Assembly (NCBI GenBank): GCA_051530055.1
Contig: CM121341.1
Location: 3,214,151-3,278,150 of the forward strand
Direction of reading: 5' to 3'
DNA length: 64,000 bases
Source: Neoechinorhynchus agilis
Taxonomy: Eukaryota; Animalia; Acanthocephala
Under the pieces are notes generated by a model that ran no database searches, was not told the DNA's origin, and was given only the letters and a program-made list of their open reading frames with translations. A program made the translations under genes and the position numbers. How positions within the stretch are numbered: the first letter of the stretch is position 1; every line of letters begins with the position of its first letter. This document shows positions 10,413 to 23,200 of this stretch, one piece after another.

Positions 10413-13400
10413 GGCCACCACCGCCGTCAACGATGCCACCACCGCCGTCCCCTCGCTTCGCTCGGGGACGGCCCACGCAAGGTGACGAATTAGCGACTAC
10501 CCCGAAGTCACCGCCCAAAGCCAAGCAGTCAGACGATGGATCTAGCGACGGATTAGATTCACCTCCCAGCGCTATACCTCCAAGAAGGCTCAGGACGATC
10601 TCAGCATCGGATAGGTTTTGCAGAAATTCCAAACTACATCACAATGTGTTCAAATCGCCTACAATCGACGCTGGTGACGCAGATAATTTGAACGAGCTAC
10701 TTATCGATCACGTGCAATCTGAGAAGACCAACGCTGCCGGGCTCCCACGCGTCTCTACTGGTTTGTGTCCGGTTTGCGGTAAGTTTTTTAAATTAACAAA
10801 TATGGGGGTTTTGTTTGTCCATGGTCCCCGAGATCTCCGCTGTAGTGGGTCTGGTTCTCCACCACAATTAACCGAACCGTTCGTGCCTGAGACCCCTCAG
10901 ATCACCACTGATTCCATTTCGATACCTGATATCGTGCGGTTTCTGCCCAGGAACGTCCTGAAACGGATCCCCAAAGGCGCGCGATATCTGGTCGCCAAAG
11001 CATTTACGGGATTGCTCAATGATTGCCTGCAAACGAACTGTGCGCCTTCATGGACACGGCTCTTCGCTTTCCCGCGCTTAGTCCTCTGCACCAGCGGTGA
11101 TTTGTCTTTGACATCAACAATCAAGGAAAGGTTAGATTCCTTTGAACAAATATTTAAAAATTTTGAAAGGAATCTCCGCGAGGTTTCTAAGGGACGCACG
11201 AAGGAAGAGTATCGCTGCCGTTTTTCAAAGCGATCACTGACTGAGCGTGTCTCTTCGAAGCTTGCGGACGGGGATGTTCGGGGGGCTGTTCGGTTATTGT
11301 CATCCTCCGACAGTTTCGCAAAAGGAGACAGCGAGACGCTACAAATACTCCGGTCGAAGCACCCATGTAGTAGCGGAAGCTTTGAAATTCCATCTCCTCC
11401 CATTCAGGACAGGACGCCCACTCAAATTTCAGAAATGAAAAAGGCCATCTCAACTTTTGCAAATGGTTCGGGTCACGGGCTTGACGGACTAAGGCCTCAG
11501 CACTTAAAGGACATGATGTCCTTTTCAACTGGTGAAGCAGCTCTCTCTAGAAAGTGCGCTTTCTCGAATAGTCGACCGCCTGACTGGAGAGGACCTGAAC
11601 CCCGTTGCAAAAGACCTATTTTTCGGAGCATCATTATGTGCTCTCACAAAAAAAGATGGTGGGATTCGTCCCATCGCCGTATCTTCGACGATACGCCGAC
11701 TTGCAGGAAAAATTCTCTGCAAACGTATTACAGAGAAAACCGGGCAGCAACTTCGTCCAGTCCAACTGGGCTGCTGCACATCCTGCGGGGCGGAAGCTAT
11801 CGTCCACTCGCTCCGAAACTTTGCTACGAGTAGCTCAGCGCCGTGCGTGATTCTTAAGTGCGATTTTCGGAACGCCTTTAACTCTCTTAATAGAGAAAGC
11901 ATGTTCCGCGCAATTAGGGATCACGCACCAGAAGCCTTCCAGTATTTTCTCAATGCCTACGGGACGGCGATTCCTTTGCTTTTCGAAGACCACCTCATTT
12001 GGTCCGAAAGAGGAGTGCAGCAAGGAGATCCCCTCGGTCCAATCGGATTCTCCCTAACAGTAAACCCAATAGCGCATTCTCTCCATTCCAGCTTCAACGC
12101 TTGGTACTTGGATGACGCTACGCTCGGAGGTGATCCCTCCGTTGTACTGCGCGATTTGGAGACGCTGATTAGGGAGACCTCGAAGATGGGCATTGAGCTT
12201 AATGCTGGAAAATGTGAGCTCCTTGTACTGAATATTGGAGACGCCGCTAAAGTCAAAGAACTAATGGCTGGGTTCGAGGCCGTAGCTCCAGGTCTGAAAC
12301 TCGTGACTCGGGAACAACTCAGCCTCTTGGGCAGTTGTGTCTTCGATTCAAATGTGGAAGATGAGATCGGCCATATCATACCGAAACTTTCGTTGCTGTG
12401 CGATAGGGTGTGCGCTCTCTCGGCTCATGAAGCCTTGTTTCTCATAAAGAACGCGCTCTTCATCCCCAAATTATTGTACAAGGTTCGCACAGCAACATTT
12501 TTCAAACACAAAGAAGGATTGGCAAAGCTGGACAATAAGGTGAGGGCTTGCCTCGAGCGTATTTTAAATGTCCAGCTCTCAGATGAGGCGTGGCGACAAG
12601 CTTCTTTGCCTGTGTCATCTGGGGGATTGGGAATTCGGGCACTAGTCGACCTTGCTTTGCCGGCCTTTCTTGGATCGTTTGAGGGGAGCCTACCAGTCTC
12701 GAAGAACATTTTGAAAGAAAAGTTTTGTCTTGACCGGGATTTCGTGGTGGCGGTTGAGGAATGGTGCCAGCAGACAGGCGCTAACCAAGTTCCCGTGAAT
12801 GGCCTCAGACAGTCGATCTGGGACGGACCTCTTGTCGCGAGAGCTCACAGCTCTCTTCTTTCAGGTTCTCGCGATGGGGTCGTCCGAGCTAGACTGTTGG
12901 CAGTTTCAACACGAGAATCTGGGGCGTGGTTGGAGGCTGTTCCTCTGGCATCTGTGGGAACTCTTCTTACTGACGAGGTGACGAGGATCGCAGTATCCTT
13001 AAGACTCGGTCTCCCGATATGCACGCCCCATCGCTGTCGATGTGGGTCTTTGGTTGATGCTTTCGGGCGACACGGTCTCGTCTGCAGAAGGTCAGCAGGA
13101 AGGTTTTCACGCCATTCTGAAATCAATAACGTAATTTCTCGGGCGTTGAGAACGGCGAACTTCCCGAACATCCTGGAACCCGCCCACCTCTGCAGACTAG
13201 ACGGCCGTAGGCCCGATGGAATTTCGGTCTTCCCGTGGCGGGAGGGCAAATGCCTTCTCTGGGACGCCACGTGTGTGGACACCCTCGCAGCCAGCAACAT
13301 CCCCTACTCCCTCGAAATCGCCGGTGGTGCCGCCAGTGCAGCGGAAGGGAGGAAGGTACGAAAATATATGCAGCTACCGAGGGCTCACTATTTTGTCCCC

Positions 13401-13680
13401 TTTGGGGTAGAGACGTATGGAGCGCTCGGCAGCTCGGCACTCTCTCTGCTCAAGGATCTCTCGAAGAAATTGAGAGAGGCAACCGGAGACTCAAGAGCAG
13501 GCTTATTTCTTCGACAAAATATCTCGCTGGCAGTACAACGGGGCAATGCTGCCAGCGTGATGGCGACGGTCGAGGAAGGACAAAAGCTGGAATTTGGTGG
13601 GAGGTGGTGAATGTAAAGAAAAGTAACCAAATTAGAAAACTGTATGACAAAAAAAAATTTAGACATTGTAAAAAAAAATT
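10413..13680 (+). mobile_element. CRE-clade RLE non-LTR retrotransposon, near full length, one frameshift
   Basis: N-terminal zinc finger CPVC..HGP..C; RT motifs KKDGGIRPIAV, DFRNAFN, QQGDPLGP, YLDD; CCHC knuckle CRC..RH..C; RLE RPDG..WDATC..E..K..KY. Confidence 0.92.
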
Positions 13681-14384
13681 TATTGAATTTAATCGTTAAA
13701 ACGATCCCAAGCTGAAACATCGAGCATTACTCGGTACATCTTTTCTAGGTGTGAATAATGAATAAAACCTGTTGTGTGTTTGTCAGTGCATTCAATTAAT
13801 TCCCAGTAATTCAAAATTTACTGATGATTGGAAACAAGACGAAAGGAAAGAAATCTGATAATTTCCTTGTGATATCCGAGGACCGGAATTTTCGAGATTG
13901 TTATCCCTTTTTGTGCAATTTTTCGACTTTTTGTGACGCTTCTCGCGGCGAAAATCCGACATTTTCAACGAATTAATAGTTTTTGTGTTATAATTGTTTA
14001 GTAGTTTTTTGCTTTTTTGTATTATCTTCTTAAATTTATATTAAATTCATAGCTCGATTGTCGAAAACTGCGATTGTACCCAAAATTGTGTATCTCTTTA
14101 ATTGAATCGCTTGATAATTCATTTTTTTTAGGCAAAATGGACTTTAGTGGCTTGGTGCGATGCTCGTTTGCGGTTTAAACGGTTTTTGAGAAAGTTGATC
14201 TCGACCTGTCATGAGTTTTTTTGATAAACAAAAAATATACAATAAATGTTTGTTGTTTGCCTTCAAAACTCCAAACAATAAGAAAAACATATTTGTACGG
14301 AAAATGTTTGTAGTGTGAAACGAATGTGATTTAAGAATATCCTGCACCCATCCTAAACTCCGACAGATTGATCGATAACGCCTA

Positions 14385-15023
14385 ATGAATCCTACAAAGT
14401 TCAAAGCATTGAGTATCGCAACTGCGATTTTCTTCTTTGCAAGTTCAATCTTAAGTTGGGTCTCACTGTGCAGCAATCATCCATGGTCACGAGTTCCGGA
14501 TACGAAAATCACCATCAGAATCTCCGGACATTCATCCATGTCTCCGATTTATTTCCTTCTCATTGAAGGTGAGTTTCCTTCTTGTTTCTTTTATAAAATC
14601 GCTTTCGTTAGGAGGACTAATGCGCACATTGCTGCTTATGAGCGCAGGAATCGAAACTGCGGCTTTTCTCATGGCCGTGTCTCATTTTCTATGCCAAGGA
14701 CGAGTTCGGATATTGTGGCTGCAACTTTCCTCTGTTTTTTGGACAAATCTCTTGTAAGTGTCGCCTACTATTGTAAATATTCTTGATATTGGCCTTTAGT
14801 GACCTATCAACTAATGGGAATGGGATCATTTACTTTATACGTCAACGAGAAGGGTCATCGATTTTGCTACCCATTTTATTTGGCGATGGGAAGCTGCCTT
14901 TCCTCGATCTTAGCCTTTGTAGTCTCCCAAACAGTGACGTATATTCTCGGCACGAATATTCTCAGATTGTTTGATGATGGATTTACTGAGATACGGCCAA
15001 AGTATCTGCAGCGCAGCGGGTAA
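14385..15023 (+). pseudogene. Second copy of the tetraspan gene with a +1 frameshift in exon 2
   Basis: Same exon structure as 4403-5040. TCTGTTTTTTGG has 6 T against 5 T in copy 1, which could be a homopolymer error. Confidence 0.55.
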
Positions 15024-15589
15024 GAAATGATCAATTTCTATTAAGTATAATTCAATTATTTAAATTTAAGTACTTTAAAAGCGAATCCTGTAGTTAATCC
15101 ATTCGCCAAGGTGAAGAAATCATCAGAAGAGTTTTCTGGGACGCATGTTTCTCCACTGAAATATTTCCCAGATGAAGAAGCCATCCAACTTAATCAATTA
15201 GACAACCATTCTGGCCCAATTAAAACGGATTCCCTTCATCCGGAGAGGTCTATGGATACGCCACGATCAGACATAGGCAATCCAATTCTATACGATCGAA
15301 TGTGGTTTTGGGAGAAAATGTTCAGCCTTTCATTAGCTCCAAATTAACCAAAATTAATTATTATTTACTCAATAAATAAGTTAACCTTTATGACAGGTCA
15401 GCTTAGTTGTGATTTTAAGAAAACTGGGAAATTCGATATTGTGAAGAATTCGATTTCAACGATCATCAACTTCTATTTCTAATATTCGATTTTCCATTTC
15501 CATGCTCCAAATAAAGGTGGATAAAAGCATACTACGCATGCAACCCTGATTTCCCTCGCCTTCAATTCTCTTTTGCTAATCACATTCTC

Positions 15590-16080
15590 AACTCGCGTAA
15601 GCCCTTTCTTGTACATAAACTCGCCTAATATTCCATTCACCTCTGGTGGGAAAACACTTAAATCTTTCGTCAACCTCTCAAACTCAGACCTCTTTGCTAT
15701 ACTAAACTCCATCAATGCACAACTTTGTGACTCGCCTAATTTCTTATTCCCAATTAGGCTCTTCGCTTTAACATCCCTAGATATAATTGATCCACTAACC
15801 CACATAACCAACCAAAGTTTCAAGACCGGAATCTTCCCAAATTGCCTTAAAACTTCTCGGGTTTCACTGCTCCCGAAAGCTGGTAAACTTATATTCATCT
15901 CATGTTTTCGACCCATTTCTATCTTAACTTTCTTCTCTAAGGTCTTTGAGAAATGCTTTAAAGCACACCTTCTGCCAATCTTCAATCGAAAAATTTCATC
16001 CATTCAATTAGGTTTCCGGCTTTTCGTGTACGGACGCCCCTCTTTGCATCTACGATTCTCTTTTTTTATAAATTCGGATT
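15590..16080 (+). mobile_element. L2/CR1-type RT fragment (duplicate)
   Basis: Same as 5690-6130 but without the poly(G). Confidence 0.85.
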
Positions 16081-16167
16081 CAAGGTTTCAGAAATTTAGA
16101 TAGAATACTTGGCGTACAGGTCAAAATGTCTGCGTTTCGTTTTCGAGATAGTGAGAATGTAAATTGG

Positions 16168-17565
16168 GATTCCAATGCCCTCTGTCGGCTGCCAGGGATG
16201 CTGAAACAATGCTCCTTAATGAACTAGTCAAACAAAGCCAATTCCTAGAAATAATCATTTTTTTTCATTCCTTTACAGTTCTTACACGACCGTTTAAGTC
16301 CATCTCTATGCTTACAAAGTCATCCTCAACAAAATCTGCATCCTCTCCTTGCTTATTAATGGGTGCGCCGTCTTCATAGATCTCTTGCTTTACCGCATTC
16401 AGTAAAGTTTGCTTCAAGTGTAATCATTTTGCTTTTAGGTGCCAACAAGCTTTTCTGCCGATTGTGTAGTCGACGTATTCGACTGTTCGTGTAACTGGGC
16501 AGCGAAAATTTCGAATGAAGTCGGATCAGAGCTACGCAGGTTGAATCGCTCGCGGTCACGAGAATCTGACATTGAAGAGTTATGAATTCTCGTTACCAGG
16601 GGTGAGTTGCAACCATTGAGGGGTAATTGCTCGTTACCGAAATCTTCCCATCAAAGATTAAGAGTCTCCACGAAATATTCATCCAAAGTGTAATTCTCGC
16701 TAAGAACGGATTGAACTATTTTGTTGATTGCTTCATACGATCCCATATAAGCTGACAGAAAAATATCGACTGCTTTTCGAATACCCAAACTGCCGGACGG
16801 CGGTTGTAAAGAAATCACTTATGAAAAACAAGCAATCGAAGATCGAATTCGTAATCACATAATCATCAAAACTCCGCACCAATGAGGTTCGGGACAAAGC
16901 TCTTCAGATGGTTTCCCTGTCGCTGTCAGATGTTATGAAGGTGTGTGAAAACGTGACTGCGGCATTGAAGCACGAGTAGTGCTGCGGAGTTTTGATGATT
17001 ATGTGATTACGAATTCGATCTTCGATTGCTTGTTTTTCATAAGTGATTTCTTTATCGTAGAATAGGCACAACCGCGCCTTACACAATCGGCAGAAAAGCT
17101 TGTTGGCACCTAAAAGCAAAATGATTACACTTGGAGCAAACTTTACTGAATGCGGTAAAACAAGAGATCTATGAAGACGACGCATCTATTAATAAGCAAG
17201 GAGAGGATGCAGATTTTGTTGAGGATGACTTTGTAAGCATAGAGATGGACTTAAACGGTCGTGTAAGAACTGTAAAGGAATGAAAAAAAATGATTATTTC
17301 TAGGAATTGGCTTTGTTTGACTAGTTCATTAAGGAGCATTGTTTCAGCATCCCTGGCAGCCGACAGAGGGCACTGGAATCATGGTTAATCCCAAAGTAGC
17401 CAGATTAAGTAACAAGCTTTTCTGCCGATTGTGTAGTCGACGTATTCGACTTTTCATGTAACTGTTCAGCCAAAATTTCTAGTGCCATCGTCGTTTTTGA
17501 TAATCCAAATTGGGCATCATAAATAGCAGATTTTTTAAACTGTTCAAAGCGAATTCTATAACCAA
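16168..17565. mobile_element. Scrambled Gypsy-like gag with nested inversions
   Basis: EDRIRNHIIIKTPH..VRDKALQMVSLSLSDVMKVCE (gag-like). 16168-16470 is inverted at 17080-17380; ~16810-16880 is inverted at ~16985-17055. Confidence 0.6.
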
Positions 17566-17744
17566 AGCCATAGTTCTTCAGTTAGTCGCCTTTCAATTTT
17601 TAGACCAATAACGTCGATTATCGACAACAAAACTTCAATAAACTTAGGATCAAATTAACTTTTCTAGATCTGCTTTTAAAGCTTTTTTGCCTGCATTTAC
17701 TGTTGCTTGTAGCTATTGCAATCTATACATTTAGTTTGAAGATT

Positions 17745-19480
17745 GGAGTTCACAAGAGGTCCATGCTCCCTGTCAATTCGTCTCGGCGGTTCAGGTTTTC
17801 CCGTTCGCAGCCGAGATCCCCGCTTGCACCCGACCGCACTACCCAATTTACGGTTGATCAGCAGGGCTTCCGAGATAGAGAGTTCAATGGGATCTGATGC
17901 CCGATAAAGAACCCCAACGTCAAAAACCGGGCTGGCTCCCTCGTGGCGGGTAGCGAAGTGAGTGCCCCAGGGCGTTGATGCGTACGCTGGACTGGTCGGA
18001 TTGCATGCATTACGCGCGTGCTCAGTGATGCGTTCACGCAGTGTTCGCTCTGTTTTCCCGACAAAATTGCAGGAACGTCCTTCGTCCTTACAGTTCCTGC
18101 AGGTGATCTCGTAGACGACGTTGCTTGAGAAGCAATCGCTTTTTGCCCCAGCATTCTTCGGACAGTGCTTGCACATCAGACAGGTCTTTGGGCAGAGGGA
18201 TAGTGAAGGGAAGGCCAATCATCTCAGCCATCAATGGACCAGCATACAGAGTGTCCAAGTTTCTTGCTCGCGTTCTGAGTCCTATATTGAAGAGCTCGCC
18301 ATCGTTTGTGACCAACTCTGCACAAATGTTAGACCTTTTGGACGCTAGAAAGGACGAGCTCAGTCGCAGCAGGGTAGTGTCCTTCGACTTTGTGAGCTTG
18401 TACTCCAATGTCGACAATCAAGCGGCACTCATAATGCTGGGTAAGAGACTGTGTGAGGAAAGGAATACAATCGATTTGTGTGGCTTAGAGATCGAAGATG
18501 TGATGGTGTTGACCCGTCTTGTGTTGGAATGCAACCCGGTTTCAATACAAAAACCGGCTATACAGGCAAGTCCGTGGTCTCGCGATGGGCAACTGCCTAG
18601 CTCCCATATTAGCTTGCACTTTCCTTGATGGGTTGGAAAGGCATCACATCTACCCACAATTGTCGTCGAGTCAACCCGTTTCTAAAGTTTTTTACGAATG
18701 AATGCCAAAAAACTATTTATTCAAACTATCGATGGATACAGCCATCGAAACTAACTGAGATCTGCCGTTCTCAGTTAAACCGGGTGAAGATACTTCTTAA
18801 ACCTTGACTTTTCGTACGAAAACTCATCGTGATATAATGGGTAGCCCGCACCAAAGAGTTCGTATAGAGCTGTACTCGTGATTCCGGAAAAAAGATTGAT
18901 ATTTCTCATAGAGCCAAGACAGTGCTGATAGAGTAGGACAAATTCTGGGATATTGTTCAAGAGATCCTGCGACTTAAGGCGACTATGCAAAAAGAGTGCG
19001 AGGAGCAAGAATTTCAATAGGCATTTTGTTCCACATTCTCCAGTAAAAGACGCAATTCCAAATCAATAATCAAATCGCGAATGCACCACGCAAATCTCAA
19101 CTCTCGATATTTGTTGATTGTTTCTAGTACTCTCGTTAACTCAGCAATAATTAGGACGTTAGTTCTTTGAAGATATTCTTAAAATTTAAAAATACCGCTG
19201 ACAATATGTAAAGGTTAAGCGAACTTCTTAAAACTAATCAACCACGTGACTACCTGCCCTTCCTGAACATAAAGCTAAAAGCAGACAATCCTGCCGAACA
19301 CAACTGGTTCAGGAAACCGTGCAAGAAGGATATTGTCCTGCATCGACGATCGCACCGGCTGCGAACGGGAAAACCTGAACCGCCGAGACGAATTGACAGG
19401 CACACGGACACCGGCGCCGAAATATCGGATTCAATAAAAGATTGTGTGTGTGTCCCTCAACGTCTAAAAAAAATCAAAAA
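17745..19480 (+). mobile_element. Penelope-like element with an inverted 3' segment at its 5' end
   Basis: GIY-YIG on the minus strand 17745-18160 (VYEITC..FVGKTERTLRERITEH). RT on the plus strand 18160-18690 (GRPIISAINGP, SFDFVSLYSNV, GLAMGNCLAP). RT C-terminus LPFLNI..WFRKP at ~19250-19340 after an insertion. 3' tail at 19415-19480. Confidence 0.9.
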
Positions 19481-20225
19481 AACCATATACATGAGGATAC
19501 ACAATAAAGAGGCCTTCAATCAGCTTAAACTCCGTTAGGATATCATGCCTACAAATAAAATCTAAGTTTTTTTACAAAAGGTATTCGTTTTATTTTGAAG
19601 ATATTCTCAATTGTACAATTAAGGGCGAGGACGGTGAATAATTATGTTATATCTTAAAAATCTAAGTTTAAAACTTTAATTGTATTATACATTGTAAAAT
19701 TCCCAAATCTGGGCATTGCCATATCAAAAATTGCGATTCGGTTAAATTAATCGAATTTCTAAAACACTAAATAATAAATTCCCCGAGGTACAAAATTCAA
19801 TATTTTATTTTGATGTGATTTGAAATCAAAATAAAAAAAATTAAGCCATAAAATTGGAAAAGCGTTCCTTGTAATGAAATTCTTTTGTTTTTGTGGTCAC
19901 AAAAATGGTAACGAATCAATGGTCGCTTTAAAAAAAACTCCACAAATCTTGCGAGAAAAAGTAGTGATGTTTAAGTGCTCGATTTTTCCCCCAAGTTTAT
20001 CTCTTTGAAATATGGTTTAAAGGATTTTTATTGAACCTTTATTAAGTCAATTCTGTCTGCATTCTCAAAGAAAAGTGTGAATTCTAAAGATTTTCCTACT
20101 CTTTTTCCGACGAAAAAAGATTTTGGAAACAGTCACCGGACGTAATGTTCAAGAAATTTAATCACTTCGATACTCTTTTAATTCTTTTAAAAATCATTAC
20201 AAAATTGTATCTAAGATTATAGAAA

Positions 20226-23200
20226 ATGAACAGCGATGAGAGTGAAGATATCGAGACTGAGACTTTTCGTCGAGCCTTCGTTGATTTCAAGGAACCGAGT
20301 AGAAATTGTGTGAAAGATTGCGACCCAAAAATGGAACAATTTCCACAAAATGAAGACGAAAAATACAAATATTTCCCAGATTACGAGAAAGAGAACCAGT
20401 ATTGCCATGCCGTTGGTCCTTCCAATGTAAAACTTTTGCTTCCGAAAAGTGATAACTCAAAGTCTCCGGTACAATACGTAAAGGTGAGCAAAAGAATAAA
20501 AAAAGATTTTATTGATGCTAATTTTTGTTAGAAACAATGTCTACAAACGAATCATAATCAGAAATACAAATTAGAGATATTTGTGAATGACATAGAGCTT
20601 AAGAAGCATGAATTAATTTCGATTGAACATGAGTCGAATTTTGAGTTGATAAATTCGTATACTGTTTATGAGCAAAGATTGAAATCTCAAATCAGTGATT
20701 GGTGGCGTTGTACCCTAAACGGCCTCAAAAGTTCAGAATTGGATTTAATGCAAATTATCGAAGCTTCGAGATGTGATATGAATAAGGTTTGACGATTGAG
20801 TCTTAGATGAATCGACGGGCATTTATAAAACGCAAATTTTCCATCTTGATTTCAAAAATATTTGTTAAGTTAGCATTTTATAAGCTCAAAGATCTTTGCC
20901 CGAGCTAAGGGAAACTAACAAGGGTCTAGTCGCGAATCCGGAGATTTTTTTTGACTCGATAATTCAAAAATACACCCTCTTATGGCGTATTATCGAGACG
21001 AAAATTATTTCATTGATTTAAATAATGCATATTATTAGCGATTAAAAAGTCTAAATAATCTTAAGATTCTGCAGATGATCGATTCCTTTAAGCGCTTACG
21101 ACGGTTTCTATTGCGAAAATTAACACAAACGTTTTTATTAAGGCTGAAATCGACGGTTTATTGACTAGAGCTCAAATGTACAGGGAAAAAATAAGGTTTT
21201 CTAAAAATATTGAAATTCAATATGGTAGATAAACTAATAACTTACTAGACAATCGCGGAAAATGCTTGACGAGGAGTTGAAAAAGGATCGCGATTTGTTT
21301 ATTGATGTGATAAAAAAATGGGAATCTCTTCAACATATTAGAAAAATCACCGGTTTTACTCTTACTGATTCAAAGCTCTATATAATCAAACAGTAACCTT
21401 TTCTTAGTATTCGATTTATGACTCTAAATAATCCACCAGGGATAGAAAACGGATCGTAGATGATTTAAATGCAGAAATCTCCGAAGAGTTCCGAGAGCTC
21501 AAGACAATGTCCGATGAAATTTCTAAGATCAAGATTGTTGAATATTGGACTGAAATGGATCGAATTCAAAAACTCAGGGAAATGAAGGCGGAAGCTAGAA
21601 TGAGATTGGAGAATCGCATTGTCGATCATGACGATTTGAGATTGCTGAATGAACCTGATGTTAAAATGCCCGCAGCACCGATTTATATTGATGACGATGC
21701 TCAATGGAATCAGCTAAAATTAAAATATATGGAAACTCGTAAGTTTTTGAAGATTATCAAAAAAAATTCAAATGGACAATTTAGGTCAGTTAGGATTTAG
21801 ACTTAAATTACGCTTTAATGGTGATACCAATAATGGTGGAAATTTAACAGCGTAAGTTAACTTTTAGTTCTGTAGCGAAAAGTGACACGATTTTTGAAAA
21901 TAAATGAAAATGACCCGTATTTTATGCTTTCCCCCTTATCACAGAAAACTGAACTTGTACCTGCTTATCGATCAATTGTAAATTGGCGGAGTCTAAATGA
22001 AATGTCTTTTATGGCGAAATAATTTTAAATCTTGAAAATAAAAAACATCAATATTTTTTCATTAGTATATTTTTGAAAGAGCAGACGTATCGGAAAATAT
22101 TATGTTAATTTTAAGCTCAAATCTCTTTTCTGTAAAGGTCCGACTCTCTTAGACTGGAACATAATGCGAAAGCAACATATTCTATTGCTCTTTTCTTAAA
22201 CGACAATGAATTAAGTGAAAGTGAATCAGCGTAAGAATATTATCGAAATGTCTCACTACACATCTTCGTAGGTTCATAAACGATAAATTCGTAATACCAT
22301 TGAATTATCGATTTGTTATTAACCTACCGGACATGTCCCGAACTTCACGATTATATTTAAGAATTTATGAAAAAAAAGCTGGTAAACGTGGTTTCTCGTT
22401 TGCTCGTGATGAGAATTCACGATTTAAAATCGAACGGTTAAGTGACAAAATTTTGATCAGAGTTAGATGTGATTTAGAAATTTTAAATGAAAATGAAGAT
22501 TTTTTAATGTATTCATTTGAAAATTTAAAAGAGACAGAATCTCTCGGAACGACATGTAAAGGTCGAATCAAATACCGTATTGGATGGAAATGTGAATTTG
22601 AAACTGAAAGATATTTAAGAGAATATGTAAAGAGGTTAAATACCAATTTAAGATGCAGCAATATAATTTTTTTAGAAACTTTATTGATGTTTACTTGGAT
22701 GACATGGCTTCAATGGAAAATGACGATTTCCATCTTATTCCAAAAGACTGTATAAAAGTCGGCGATCAAGATGGGGTCGATAGAGTAATAAAGTTTTATA
22801 AACATCAAGAGACAGACTTAATAAAGACTCAACTTTCCGATCATGTTAATGTTGAAGAATCACCTATTACTGAAACAAAAAACGAATATGATGAGATGAT
22901 GAGAAAACGAAAGGTTAAAGCAATAACAATGAAACCTTCTAATTTACTAGAAATACGTAACGAAGCCATTAATTTTTTAAATCAAATCGCATCTCTTAAA
23001 CGGCCGTTGAAACCGAGAAGGAAGCCAAAGTTAAGCAATCAGGAAGATTTTCCAAGGATTATTGTACAAGTTGTATCTGCTATTGGACTCTTCAAACAGC
23101 AAACTGATCAGGTTTAATTGATCTAATTTTTTAATGCTAAATTCTGGTTTTAGCGAAGGTCTTTTGTTGAGGTTTCGTATGCGGAATGCTCTGCGTGCAC

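Larger units (their letters stand above)
13678..18160 (+). repeat. Segmental duplication, copy 2, with deletions and inversions
   Basis: Matches 3703-6230, then jumps to the 7022 equivalent at the junction AAATTGGGAT|TCCAATGCCC. Confidence 0.85.

Noticed and set aside
10897-13440. Many antisense and alternate-frame ORFs over the CRE and PLE elements
   Set aside because: They are shadows of GC-richer TE coding sequence with no independent motifs.
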